DNA of 64,000 bases, from contig NC_135758.1 in assembly GCF_052425735.1 (NCBI RefSeq), positions 8,370,001 to 8,434,000 on the forward strand, in the 5' to 3' direction. Under the pieces are notes generated by a model. It made no database searches, was not told the DNA's origin, and worked only from the letters and a program-made list of their open reading frames with translations. Made by a program: the position numbers and the translations under genes. The stretch is from Oculina patagonica (Eukaryota). Below are positions 52,276 to 63,456 of this stretch, piece after piece (positions within the stretch are counted from its first letter, which is position 1; each line of letters starts with the position of its first letter).

Positions 52276-52732
52276 GGGCTGGTTTCCCCCAGCGACGTAA
52301 TCGGAAGCGGAGTCGGAGTCTGAAACGTAAAAAGCCTTACGTTTTCGTTGAAATCATAGCACGGAGTCGCAATCGCAACACCTGATTTCCTCTATAGCGC
52401 GCGACTGCAGGGAATCACGGTAGTTGTATTCATCAAACCATGCGCGAGACTCAGCAACATGGATCGTTGTTGAGTCTCGCGCATGGTTTGATGCAACGAT
52501 GCACATTGCTGAGTCTCGCGCGTAGTTTGATGAATACAACTACCGTGATTCCCTGCATTCGCGCGCTATAGAGGGAATCAGGTATTGAAAGCGCGACGGA
52601 ATCGGAATCGGCAAGATCAGAAGGTTTCCTTTTTCTTCCGAATTTGCTTCTGCTTCTGTCGTTTTGATTTCCACTAGATCGTAAGGTTCTTACGCTTCCG
52701 ATTCCGCTTACTTCGGTAGCGGGAACCAGCTC
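52276..52732. mobile_element. Duplicate of the 46520-46976 MITE
   Basis: Same sequence at offset +5756 within the tandem duplication. Confidence 0.75.
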
Positions 52733-54396
52733 GAAAATGTAACAGTCCCTGTTACTAAGAAATTTCAATAATAAGGCACGGAGACGCATGCAGATAAAAT
52801 GAGTAAGTGCTTTGATAGAAAGATGCATACACTGTTTTTGTGCATGTGTTGAACATTACAGTTGTTTTTAGTTTCAATGCCTCACTACTTTCTTAAGTCC
52901 TCTTAAAAAATATGCGAATATGGCATTAATAAACGCTTTAGATGACAAATCAGGGATTTAGAATGTTTCGTTATTCTCATATGATCGCCCCGATCATTTC
53001 TATCGCAACGATCGTTTGCAAATACTAAGAAGATCGTGGACGAACGATGCGATTGGAAACGATCGGGGGTTCTTATATGATCGTCCCGATCGCCTGGTAT
53101 GAGCAAAGACCTACGAAAAAAATCGTTTTAGCCCTAGAACTAACACAATGGCAGCCTTCAATGAAAGAGCAAAACTCGTGGTCTCCTATTTTTCCAGTTA
53201 TTATAGTTTTACGGCGAAAAAAGGGAAAGAGAAGCTGAAAGGATAGAACACGGGCGATCCAAGCGATCGTGATCGCCCCAATCGCCGCAGACGATCGCCT
53301 GTGTAATGTTCTCATAATTTATAATCACCTCGATCGTAAGAAAACTTTTTGAAGTGACAGAGGCGATAGAAACGATCGGGCGATTATATTAGAACCAGCC
53401 TTTAGCGAAATCGACAAATCAACGAAACAAGTAACACCACGTTTGAAGATGAATTCTCCCCCGCGACTCTATTTGTTGCCCTCCTTTCTTTGCACTCAAC
53501 TGCGTACAGTTGTAAATAGTGTAGCCCTCTACTAAAGAAGTTTTATCTTTTTAGCCTGGACACCGTGTAAGCGAAGTATCATTACGACCGTGCCTAGAAA
53601 TGTCTTTTAGATTACTGATTCAACCGCCGATTCCTGTAGATGAAGACCCTCTGAACAACGTATTTAAATACCATGCAATAAATCGAAGTAGGACCGAAGG
53701 CTAACTTTGGGATGCAAATAAGTAAATAAGACGGTGTTACACACGCACGCGTAGCAATGCAAGCACAGAGAAATGGTTGAACTGAACCAGAAGACTAAAC
53801 GAAACACGATCGTGAGGGATTGGGTAAAAACAAACCCCTGGGTTTCCTTCCTCCTCAGAATTCAGTTCCTTGATCTTCTTGCTCTCGTCATCTTCCGGCT
53901 ATAAGGGACTTTATTATTCTACTATTGCTCCATTTTACCATATTAGGGCAAAAGAACTTGCAAAATATGCCACGTTATTACACAGTAGAACAGGGAAAAA
54001 TACGGGCGGACAAACTTACGGAATACTGGCCCAAACAAAGTGAAAAATTAGTGGAATAATAAATCCCTTATTCGATGGTTTAACATATAATACGAGCGGA
54101 CATTTTGCTCATTGCTCGTATTTTTTCGAGCCCCTACGGGGCTCGGAAAAATACTACGCGACTCCCCTTTCTCCTCTTCTTATTTCATTTCTTATTTGCG
54201 TCTACTAGCTGAGGTAGCCTAATGACACACAATAGTTTCATTTCCATGTTTAATCTGCTGACACTAAAGGGAGCAATGTAAAGCTTGCTCCAAGCTCTAA
54301 GAGTGAGCAAAATAAACGCGCGTACGTGAAAATTTAAACATTGTCGTTCTATTTTATTTTATTTTCTGCTTTCGTGCGTTTTTGTTTTCCACCCAA

Positions 54397-55760
54397 TCAA
54401 CAGCTGGATGTTTGTAACAGGCTATATAATCTGTGGAAACCTTTTTGTCTGCAATGGAGGCTACTGACTTCATTTCCTTCCAAATCAAAACACAAAGTAA
54501 GGAATAAGGACTAGGGGAGCGAGATATTCCAGCGTCACAAAACACTCTTCCAACCCACTGCTGCGCGCAGACATCGTGCTTTGTTTCGTTTTGTCTTATT
54601 TTTTATTTATTAATTTTTTTGTGTCATGGTTGATAAGTCAGCCGAGCGGGAAAATCCTTTTGTTCGCGTTTCCTTGTCCGATTCCTGATTTTAGGGAACT
54701 TACATGAGGTAGATATTAAGAAGCAGACATCACGAAAACAGTTTCGTCTTCCGCTTTCGTTTTGGAACAACCCGGTAAGTACAGCTTGTATCTTGTATTG
54801 TACTAGAATACGGCATTAGAAATAATCCTTAAATACTTCAGTGAAATTAATCTTGATTTGATAAAGTTCACTGAACGGCTGGCTTGTTGCGTGGCTTGAG
54901 TTTGAGGCGGAAATTTCAAAGATTTCTGTCTATTCATCGCCGCGGCCAGCATCACTTCGAAACCCTGCTTTAAATGCAAAGACAAACAAAGCGTGAAGGA
55001 TGATGTTTTCAGGAAATTCAATGCGAAATGATTAGATAAGTTTATTGCGGCCATACATTTGTATGTAGGCTGCCGAACATATCGGACCATATCACTTTCA
55101 GGATTGAATATTTAAGGACTGTTATTTTAACAAACACTGTATTTCATTCCATGTTTGCACTTATTCCGTAATAGTGGTCATGACTATCACAGATATGTCG
55201 ATGCGACCGATTGACATTATTTTAAAACTTTTAAAGTACAAAGTAAGTTAGTAAAGCTTGGTAAATGGTTAAAATTAGTTTAATTCTATGCGCACTGTTG
55301 ATCGTGTTGCAGCCAAGTAGAATGCATGAATAATTGTATCTGAACTGACCAGTTTGTGTAATCTGATCTAATCCTCTGTTCAGGAGAACAAGAATCTTAA
55401 AATTGGATCAGTGTGTTGTGAAAAATGTCCAGTAGTGTTTTTAAATTGTGGGCTTATTTTGTTATTACCACTATGGATCGATTATGAAGTCAAAGTGTCC
55501 AGCTGTGATTACAGACAAAAAGCATTCACTTTGGATCTACTTGCTTCTGCAGTTTACAATGTTCTTCTTTGTAACTGTGTAGCTAAGTTTGCTGTGTCTC
55601 ATTTTGTATCAGCACTGAGCAGCGTTCAATGAAAACATTTTAGAATATTAACCGGGTAGGCAATAAAACCTGCATTGCATTTGCGTACGTGCGAACTTAA
55701 ACCGCGATGTTACACTTGATTGCTGAAGCTAAACATAATAATATATTTTATATATATGTT
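54397..55760 (+). promoter_or_regulatory. Conserved upstream block: putative promoter, non-coding exon 1 and start of intron 1 of the TPR-CHAT unit
   Basis: Homologous blocks precede the copies at 720-5365 (interrupted), 11643-12805, 21047-21905 (5' part deleted) and 32290-39850 (interrupted). The block contains acaacccg|GTAAGT at 12069, 32694 and 54775, mutated at 4352. Function is inferred from position and the splice consensus. Confidence 0.6.
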
Positions 55761-57623
55761 AATAAGAAAAGTGTAAAAGTGTTATTCATTGCTGATGTAC
55801 TGCTTTTGTGGAGTTTGAGATTGGTCCACTTCAAAACTAAAAGGCAGAAAATATAAAAAGAAAACCACACTGAAAAGTTGTAAAACCAATTCAAATTTCA
55901 CGCTAATCGTCTTTAAACAACCCGGCCCAGTATGTTATATCATATGCTAATCAGAGACGGATCCAGAAAATTCCAAAAGAATACCGCTCTAAAGATGCTT
56001 GATTACAATTTCTCCCGAAAACAAATCCAAGGAAATATTAATACAAAACAAAAAAATACTATAGGGTAAAATTAAACCATAATTACTAATTAGTATTGCT
56101 ACTGAGAAATTCAATGCACCAGCCTGTGGATAAGCCTCTTGCTAGGAGATAGGGCGAAAAGCGAGTCGAATCGATCGAAGTGAGCCCCCCATTATATCTT
56201 CCTTCACTCTGCTTCTTTTCTTGCTTGCCTGCCTTATCTCTCAACTTATTCAATAGTTTTGGCACGTCGGATAGTAGATATTTGAATTGGTCACTTATAA
56301 AAGTATGAATGCCCCTCATGACACTATGTTACCGCGTTAGAGGTTGGTTCGTGGCTTTACGACAGTTGTCACGTGACTCCTCACCAGTCGAGCTGTCACG
56401 TTCTTTGAGAACGTGAGCTGTTTAAAGAAGAATTTCACCAAACACGTTGACAACGGTTTTTCAGATCTTGCAGTGACTGAGGGCGGTAGTTAATGGTATA
56501 AGAAGGTAGCTGTCTTACAGAAAATATTTTGAGTCAGCCTTGTAAAATTCTTCAATAATGGTGTCTGTATGCACTTGCTATCTGGCTGAGGTCACAGCAA
56601 GCTCAAATTGTAATCACTTACTGCTAGCTAGCGTGACGTTTATTAATTATAGGTTTTTAATGTCCTCTTATGTTACTTCCTGTATCACCGGAATCCACTT
56701 CTAGGTCTTACATCGTGAATTCTGTTTGCGTGATCACTCCCGTGAATCTATTACCATCTCATCTCATTTTGGTGCAGTGTATCTATATCATGTTGCGATT
56801 ACCTTTTTTCCCTCAATTACCTGCCCAGAGCTAACGTTTTTACCCTTTACTGCTTAGTAGCGTGATGTGCGTTATCAGTTTATTTTGGTGCAGTTAATTT
56901 ATCTAATGTTGCGTTCCTTCGTGAAAATAAGTTTCCGATGAACATGTGATGTCTAACTTCATAACCCCCCACATGTACGCGCTCACCGCGGATCGGCTAT
57001 TTGTAAAGCCATGTAACCTGTTTTACTTCTTTAAGATTGATATGGCTAATTAAAACGGCAGGTATTTCACAAGTGCTAACTGACTAACGCCCATTCTGAG
57101 AAATCGTCTTTATCTTCCTCATTTTTGGTGTATATAGTAATAACCAATAACGATCATATTATGCACAAGTCACTGGTCTAAAATTTAATAACTAAGTATT
57201 GTTCAGGACACTGATATATCATACTAACTGCTAAGTGACATATAGAGGAATAAACGAGTGCTCTCGCAAACTCGTATAGAAAACAAAAGTCTAGCCACAT
57301 GACTGGAACAGGAAATATCGTAACCAACCAATCTTGTCTCACAACAACGTGTGAGAGGTTTAAGCGTACCTAGGGACAAAAGGAGACTACCTTGTAACAA
57401 AAGGTGCACTGGATCGCATTTCTATGCATTGTTACAGTCCCCATAAACTAAACCGGGACAATCAAAAGAATCGGTTGTTTTTTACACAATAGGCAGTAGA
57501 GGGGGAATTTGATCGCAAACCCCCCCCCCCCCTGAAAAATTAATAAAATTTATAACGCGAGCTATCTAAGGTTATGTTTAATTTCATTTCTTACGATTTT
57601 TGTCAGGTTACAGTTAAACTGTT

Positions 57624-60600
57624 ATGGACAACGTAGAAGAGATTCTTCAAGCTGTTTTTATTGGCATTGCAGTGGCCACAGTTTTGCTTCAAACTTATCG
57701 ATACAGTAACGCCATTGAGCTGTTCAGTGAATGCTTGGTTCTTCTGAAGAGGTATTCTACAAAGCTAGAAAAGGAGAAACTAATCGAACACTACGCGCTG
57801 GTATATCAAAGGCTGTTTAATCTTTACTGTCTTGTTGGTGATTATAAAAATGCTGTCGACAGTGGCGAGGAGGGAATCCACGTGTGCAGCGAAATTGGTG
57901 ATGTTGGAAGCGCAGCTGAATTGGCAGACAAAATTGGCGATTTGTATCAGTTAACTGGCGAGCAGGTGAAAGCCAAAGAAAAATACGAGAAGGCATTCAC
58001 ATGTTACTTAAGCGAGATGATGGTGTTCAATTTTTTTGACATACCTGTTATCAAGCGAAAAGAAAATTTAAACAAAATGCTTGTAGTGGCAGCGAAAATT
58101 TGTGACAAGGAAAGGCAAAGAATGATTCTTAGCAAACTCGGTGAGTTGTCCTTGTCGCTTTTCGAGTACCCTGAAGCGAAGGACCATTTTCAAAGGGTGC
58201 TTGCAATTTCGAAAGAAACTGGCAACAGAGAAGAAGGAGGAAGAGCTCTTCGCAGCCTGGGCAATCTGTATAGAAAAATGGAAGAATACCAACAGGCAAA
58301 ACAACATTATGAACAGGCAATAGCAATCTTGGAGGAGGCTGGTGAGATAAAAGAGCTGGGAGTGGCCTGTGGCGAGCTTGGGAAAGTATACAACATCCTT
58401 CGTGAATTCCAAAAAGCAAAAACATTGCAACAGAGGGCTCTCGATATAAGCGTGAAAATCGGAGACAAAGATGCAGAAATCATAGATTACCGAAGCCTTG
58501 CCGACGTCCACGCATCTCTTGGTGAATATGACGAAGCGAAACATTGTTACCAAAAGGCGCTCGCTATAAGCAAAGAAATTGACAATAGAAAAGCAGAAGC
58601 CTTGACATACAGTGATTTAGGGGGGTTTTATCGCGATCTGAACAACTTGAAAAAGGCCGAGAGCTATTGCAAGAAAGCACTTGAAATCTACAAAGAAATT
58701 GGCGACCTAGAAAACGAAGGATCTGAAATTAGTGACCTTGGAGACCTCTACTGTTTTCTTGGCAAATATGACGAGGCAATAAAATGTCATGAAAGAGCGC
58801 TTGCTGTCAAAAAACAAATTGGTGATAGAAGAGGAGAAGGGGGAACATACTGTAACCTTGGTACTGTTTATCAATCTCTCGGAGACTATGGTAAGGCAAG
58901 GGAATGCCATGAACAAGCACTTTCTATCTCCAAGGAAACAAAGCACCTCAGAGGGCAAGGAGGAGATTACGGAAATCTCGGAACTGTTTGCCAGCATCTT
59001 GGTGATTTTGTCACGGCATATGATTACTTTAAGACGGCACTGGAGATAAACATTCGAACTGGTCAAACCGAAGGAATAATTGCAGCATACAATCACCTGG
59101 GAGTTGTTTGTCAGCATCTTGGGGAATATGTAAAAGCTGAAAAATTTTGCCTAAAAGCCCTTGCAACTTCCAGAGAAATTGGCGACAGAACAAAAGAAGC
59201 AAACATTTTATCCAACTTGGCAGAAATACAGAAAATGATCGGAGAACCTGACAAAGCAAAATTGTATTGCAAACAGGCACTTCAAATCAGCAAAGAAGTC
59301 GGAAACATCAGGCTAGAAGCGGTAATGAACGGTAACCTTGGAACTGTTTATGAATCACTTGGTGATATTACTACGGCCAAGAAGTATTTCGAAAAGTCAC
59401 TGGCAATCACAAAAGGAATTGGAAGCAAAGATGGGGAAGGCACTGCTCTCGGTAACTTAGGAACTTTGCATGCTTCACTGGGTGAATATGCTGAGGCGAG
59501 GAAATGTTACGAACAGGCTTTGGAAATTGCAAGACAAACCGCTGACAAAAAGGGTGAAATGACAATGAACAACAACCTAGGATCGTTGTACTTGTCTCAG
59601 AATGAACTTCAGAAAGCATTAGATTTTTTTAAAACAGCACTTGAAATCTGTGAACAAATGGGAGACGTCCATGGGAAGAGCATGAGCTATTGCAACATAG
59701 CAATGGTATATGTGGTGTGTCAAGATACTCCCAAAGCTCTATCGCATCTCTCAGCAAGCATTAAGAGCCTTGAAGACATGAGAGAATCAGTTGGGGAGAG
59801 CGAATATTACAAGATAGGGTTTGCTGACAAAAATGCTGCTCCTTATCGATTAATGATTACTGTCTTGTTGAAACTGAAATGCGTCAACGCGGCATTGTCA
59901 ATCTCAGAGCTTGCACGTGCCAGATCATTAGCAGAGTTAATCGCAACTAGATATTCCTGTAAGGATTTGCCTGGTTTTGATCCCAATCGATGGATTGACT
60001 TCGCGAATGTCATTAAAAACAAATCATGCACATGTCTATCATTTTGTTTTGTGTATGTAAAGCTTCTCTGTTGGATTGTAAGGGCTAGCAGGGTAGACGT
60101 TGTAACAAATAAAGATCTCACTGCAGACATCCGACCTCAAGGTGCGTCTATTCAAGACTTGCTGGAAACGTTGGTGAATCAGTTTTACGAAACATTTGGG
60201 CTTTTAGAAGGAGAAAGATGCGAAGATCGCTCGCTGTTTTTATGGGAAGAAAACACTACGGAAAGATCCCCATCAAAAGTTGAAGAAGGTGTCACCACCT
60301 CTCAGGTCACGGAGCAGAACGAAGGAGACCAGGATCCACGAGTCTTAAAAGATTTGTATAACATCATCATAGCCCCTGTGCATAAACTTCTGAAAGGATC
60401 TGAGATCATCATCGTTCCTGATCGTTCTTTATACAGAATTCCTTTTGCAGCGCTGATGGACGAGAGTGGCGAATATCTGTCTGAAAAGTTCAGGATTCGT
60501 TTCATTCCTTCTTTGACGACACTCAAGCTGATCCAAGACAGTCCAGCGAACTATCACAGTCAAACAGGTGTCCTGATTGTGGGAGATCCTGAAGTAGGCC

Positions 60601-61181
60601 TCGCCGAATTAGACCCTCTTCCCTGTGCCAGAGAGGAAGTAGAGATGATCGGACGGTTGCTGCATGTTCGCCCTTTAATTGGAAAACAAGCCACCAAGCA
60701 AGCTGTGCTTCAGGAGATACACTCAGTGAGTCTTATTCACATCGCTGCACACGGCAATGCAGACAGAGGAGATATCGCCTTAGCCCCTGCCCAGCATATT
60801 AAAGGCAAACCGAAGAAAGAAGACTTTGTGCTGACAATGTCCGATATCTCAAAGGTTCAGTTGCGAGCCAAGCTGGTGGTGCTCAGCTGTTGTCATAGTG
60901 GACGCGGGCAAATCAAAGCTGAAGGAGTTGTTGGAATCGCCCGAGCGTTCTTAGGATCTGGTGCACGCTCCGTGTTGGTGTCTTTGTGGGCTGTTGACGA
61001 CAGTGCAACGATGGAGTTCATGAAGCAATTCTATGGACACTTGGTCCGTGGGAAGAGTGCCAGTGAGTCTCTTCATGAGACCATGAAATGGATGAGAGGA
61101 AATCCACAATACAGTGAAGTGAGAAAGTGGGCACCATTCATGCTGATTGGAGATGATGTGTCATTTAACTTCAAAAAGTAA
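57624..61181 (+). CDS. TPR-CHAT domain protein copy 6 (TTC28-like architecture, predicted active protease), intact, 1185 aa
   Basis: Single open ORF with 14 contiguous 40-aa TPRs plus ~3 degenerate N-terminal ones. HIAAHG lies at 60738-60755, LSCCHS at 60882-60899, and the protein ends [17 protein letters not shown]. Confidence 0.95.
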   Translation: MDNVEEILQAVFIGIAVATVLLQTYRYSNAIELFSECLVLLKRYSTKLEKEKLIEHYALVYQRLFNLYCLVGDYKNAVDSGEEGIHVCSEIGDVGSAAELADKIGDLYQLTGEQVKAKEKYEKAFTCYLSEMMVFNFFDIPVIKRKENLNKMLVVAAKICDKERQRMILSKLGELSLSLFEYPEAKDHFQRVLAISKETGNREEGGRALRSLGNLYRKMEEYQQAKQHYEQAIAILEEAGEIKELGVACGELGKVYNILREFQKAKTLQQRALDISVKIGDKDAEIIDYRSLADVHASLGEYDEAKHCYQKALAISKEIDNRKAEALTYSDLGGFYRDLNNLKKAESYCKKALEIYKEIGDLENEGSEISDLGDLYCFLGKYDEAIKCHERALAVKKQIGDRRGEGGTYCNLGTVYQSLGDYGKARECHEQALSISKETKHLRGQGGDYGNLGTVCQHLGDFVTAYDYFKTALEINIRTGQTEGIIAAYNHLGVVCQHLGEYVKAEKFCLKALATSREIGDRTKEANILSNLAEIQKMIGEPDKAKLYCKQALQISKEVGNIRLEAVMNGNLGTVYESLGDITTAKKYFEKSLAITKGIGSKDGEGTALGNLGTLHASLGEYAEARKCYEQALEIARQTADKKGEMTMNNNLGSLYLSQNELQKALDFFKTALEICEQMGDVHGKSMSYCNIAMVYVVCQDTPKALSHLSASIKSLEDMRESVGESEYYKIGFADKNAAPYRLMITVLLKLKCVNAALSISELARARSLAELIATRYSCKDLPGFDPNRWIDFANVIKNKSCTCLSFCFVYVKLLCWIVRASRVDVVTNKDLTADIRPQGASIQDLLETLVNQFYETFGLLEGERCEDRSLFLWEENTTERSPSKVEEGVTTSQVTEQNEGDQDPRVLKDLYNIIIAPVHKLLKGSEIIIVPDRSLYRIPFAALMDESGEYLSEKFRIRFIPSLTTLKLIQDSPANYHSQTGVLIVGDPEVGLAELDPLPCAREEVEMIGRLLHVRPLIGKQATKQAVLQEIHSVSLIHIAAHGNADRGDIALAPAQHIKGKPKKEDFVLTMSDISKVQLRAKLVVLSCCHSGRGQIKAEGVVGIARAFLGSGARSVLVSLWAVDDSATMEFMKQFYGHLVRGKSASESLHETMKWMRGNPQYSEVRKWAPFMLIGDDVSFNFKK

Positions 61182-61183
61182 AT

Positions 61184-61801
61184 GTAAGTGCTGAGTTTTA
61201 TGTTTTTTGGCCTTTCGCTGATGTACATAGTTATTGAATGTAGGAAATTTATCTAGAAGGCACGCCGATTCAATGGTAATTGGAGGTGATGTGTCATTTA
61301 AATACAGGAAATGAATGTAGAATGAGTGAAGAATGTTTCTTTGTGGTGCACACCGATTATGGTGCGACTGTACATGCAACTAATGCCACACGACAAATTT
61401 TGTATTAGATTTTTCTGTAAAAGATTTCCAAAACAAATTAGCGATCGAACAACCTGCACACTACACAACTGATAAAATTGTGTCCATTTTCATGTTTTTA
61501 ACACTCTCTCTCTATAAGTCAAGTTGCAAAGAACGTTATTGGAATGGGTAGTTTGGTTTGAGTAGCCGCACAGTAGATGATCACGTAGGAAGTGTACCCA
61601 GTGTATAAGCTGTCTGTACACTATCCACGGCGTCTCAAGTTTGTTGTACAAAGAATCAGAGAATGTCAAGTGGACACGATTTGTCTTTTAAAAGTAAATG
61701 AGAATGACAAAGATGTGTTGGCAAACCCCATTAGATACATTAAGCTATAAGGCATAGCCCGTTATTACTAACGCATTTTGTGTTTTTTTTTGTTCCTGCA
61801 G
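61184..61801 (+). other. Putative 3'-UTR intron of the TPR-CHAT gene
   Basis: GTAAGT lies 2 nt after the ancestral stop in all six copies (9581, 20583, 30277, 45060, 50815, 61184). Copy 6 has a TACTAAC branch point at 61766-61772, a poly-T tract and CAG at 61799-61801. Equivalent acceptors occur at ~30900-30903 (TACTGAC at 30871), 45677 and ~10244. Confidence 0.75.
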
Positions 61802-62671
61802 GAGTCAAGTACCAGAGGAAAATAAAGAAATCTGACAAGACAGACTGTGATTCATCTTGTTGTTAAAGGACTACAAAAAGCAACAAAATTTAAGATTAGA
61901 ATTGTACATGTACCAATTTTTACCTTGATGTTGACGTAGGATATTTGAAGACTTTGTTGTCAATTTTTAGATTCTCGGGTCGTCGACGCTTTGATGTAAT
62001 GAAACTTTGTAGGCTTGAACTTCTCCAGTCATTTGATCAACAGAGGTATTGAGAAAAATGTGATGCTGAAGCCAAAGTAACGTTTTTGAAGCGCAGAGCA
62101 AACTAGTTTGCGTATATATATATTATCGACTTTTAGGGAGTTACTATAGTAGTTTCCTTTCATAACGAACAACTTTACCAGATATCCTATCACGTATTTG
62201 AAAATGAAAGTGTAAAACTACTGCATTATTGTACATTTGAACGCTATAATGGGCGTTTTTATTTGCAACATACGTGTATAGCCGTCGCATTTGCCGTTTG
62301 GAATTTTCTATTGTTTTAAGCTCGAAAAAAATAAAAAATTCCGACGGGCAAATGCGAGGGCTATACGCGTTTGATGCAAATAAATACGCCCATAGTTGTG
62401 CTATAAAGGAATTTCCTGACCAGCGTAGATGGAAGCCGTCAGTTGTATTTTCTTTGTTTTGTACGGTAATTAAGGTCATTGTAATGCACCGGTTACTAAA
62501 TTGTATCTGGTAAAAGCATTTAATATAAAAAGGATTGTGTAATTAAAGTAAAATTAAAAATGACAAATTCGAAGATATACTTATAATTAGGCTTGGTGAC
62601 GCATGCAGATGAAATAAATTAGTGCTTTGATAGAAAGGTGCATAGACTGCTCAGGTATTGAACACTACAAT

Positions 62672-63456
62672 CAGGGGCGGATCCAGGATTTTTCAAAGGG
62701 GGGTGGCTGTTTACCAATATTTTTGTTTACTATATTGTTCCAGCCCCAGTTTGTTTTTATGGGGGGAGGGGGGGGCGGGGGTTCGGGCTTTTAGGCAGTT
62801 TTTTGAACGTGGGAGTGCAAATGATTTTGGGTCTGAGGCCCATATTTAATGGAGCCAAAGGCTCCATCCCCCTAGGGGGATGTGGGGGCATGCTCCCCTC
62901 AGAAAATTTTGAAAAGTTGAAGCCTCTTAGACGCAAAATATTCTTTCTTCAACTTACCTTGAGTTATATTTCGGAGAAAAAGTCTAGTACTTATGAAATA
63001 AACAGTGATTGAAATTTAAAGTTGACAAGCCAGGAACTTACAGGAAAGAACAGATATGCGTTTGTTTTGCTCACCCACGTGCATGGAAATTTTTAGCCCT
63101 TGGCAAAGTGGCCTGGGGACAACTTTGGCGACTTTGCTTGCTTGTGAAATCGCTTCGATGCGAAAAAACGGTACAAAAACTCGCTAAAAAAGATGTAAAT
63201 GGAGAAGAAAATCATTCCAGCAAGGATAAAACAACTCTTGAAAGTTAAAAGGAATCTAATTTTTTAAAATTATACACACATGTTTTGTTACATTAAGCCA
63301 GAAGTTCGTAAAACAGGCCTTTCTTAACTTTGAACGGCCGCCTGACTATCAAAGGTGGATAGACATTGTCGTTATTTTTTATTTTAATATGTTTATTTTT
63401 GTTTTTCTGGTGGATCAAGGGGGGGATCCACCCCCCCCCCCCTGGATCCGCCCCTG
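62672..63456. mobile_element. hAT-like MITE
   Basis: Perfect 16-bp TIR CAGGGGCGGATCCAGG / CCTGGATCCGCCCCTG. ACAAT flanks both sides, shorter than the canonical 8-bp hAT TSD. Empty site at ~31758. Confidence 0.8.

Larger units (their letters stand above)
43056..54566 (+). repeat. Near-identical 5.76-kb direct tandem duplication (43056-48810 / 48811-54566)
   Basis: Constant offset of 5755-5756, with only about eight differences seen by eye. The junction actgctgcgc|tcaaagaagc joins upstream-promoter sequence to mid-TPR coding sequence with 1-bp microhomology. Confidence 0.95.

Noticed and set aside
56320-57000. Possible solo LTR upstream of copy 6
   Set aside because: The sequence is absent from the paralogous flank, but matching TG...CA ends and a TSD could not be identified.
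57642-57695. N-terminal hydrophobic stretch ([18 protein letters not shown]) as a signal peptide or transmembrane anchor
   Set aside because: It is preceded by acidic residues and continues into a TPR-like pattern (A..LL...RY..AIELF.ECL), so it is more simply the first TPR helix. Not fully excluded without a predictor.
6483-60526. Many short antisense or alternative-frame ORFs overlapping the TPR-CHAT genes
   Set aside because: Shadow ORFs that recur only because the underlying coding sequence is duplicated. They have no independent motifs.
6030-61181. Bacterial type III-E CRISPR (Csx29/Craspase) or another prokaryotic defence operon
   Set aside because: There are no cas genes, array or operon structure. 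The context has LTR/LINE/MITE elements and spliceosomal signals, so it is eukaryotic.
57624-61181. Assigning the gene symbol TTC28
   Set aside because: Only the domain architecture is shared. These are shorter, multi-copy, single-coding-exon genes, and orthology cannot be shown from this window.
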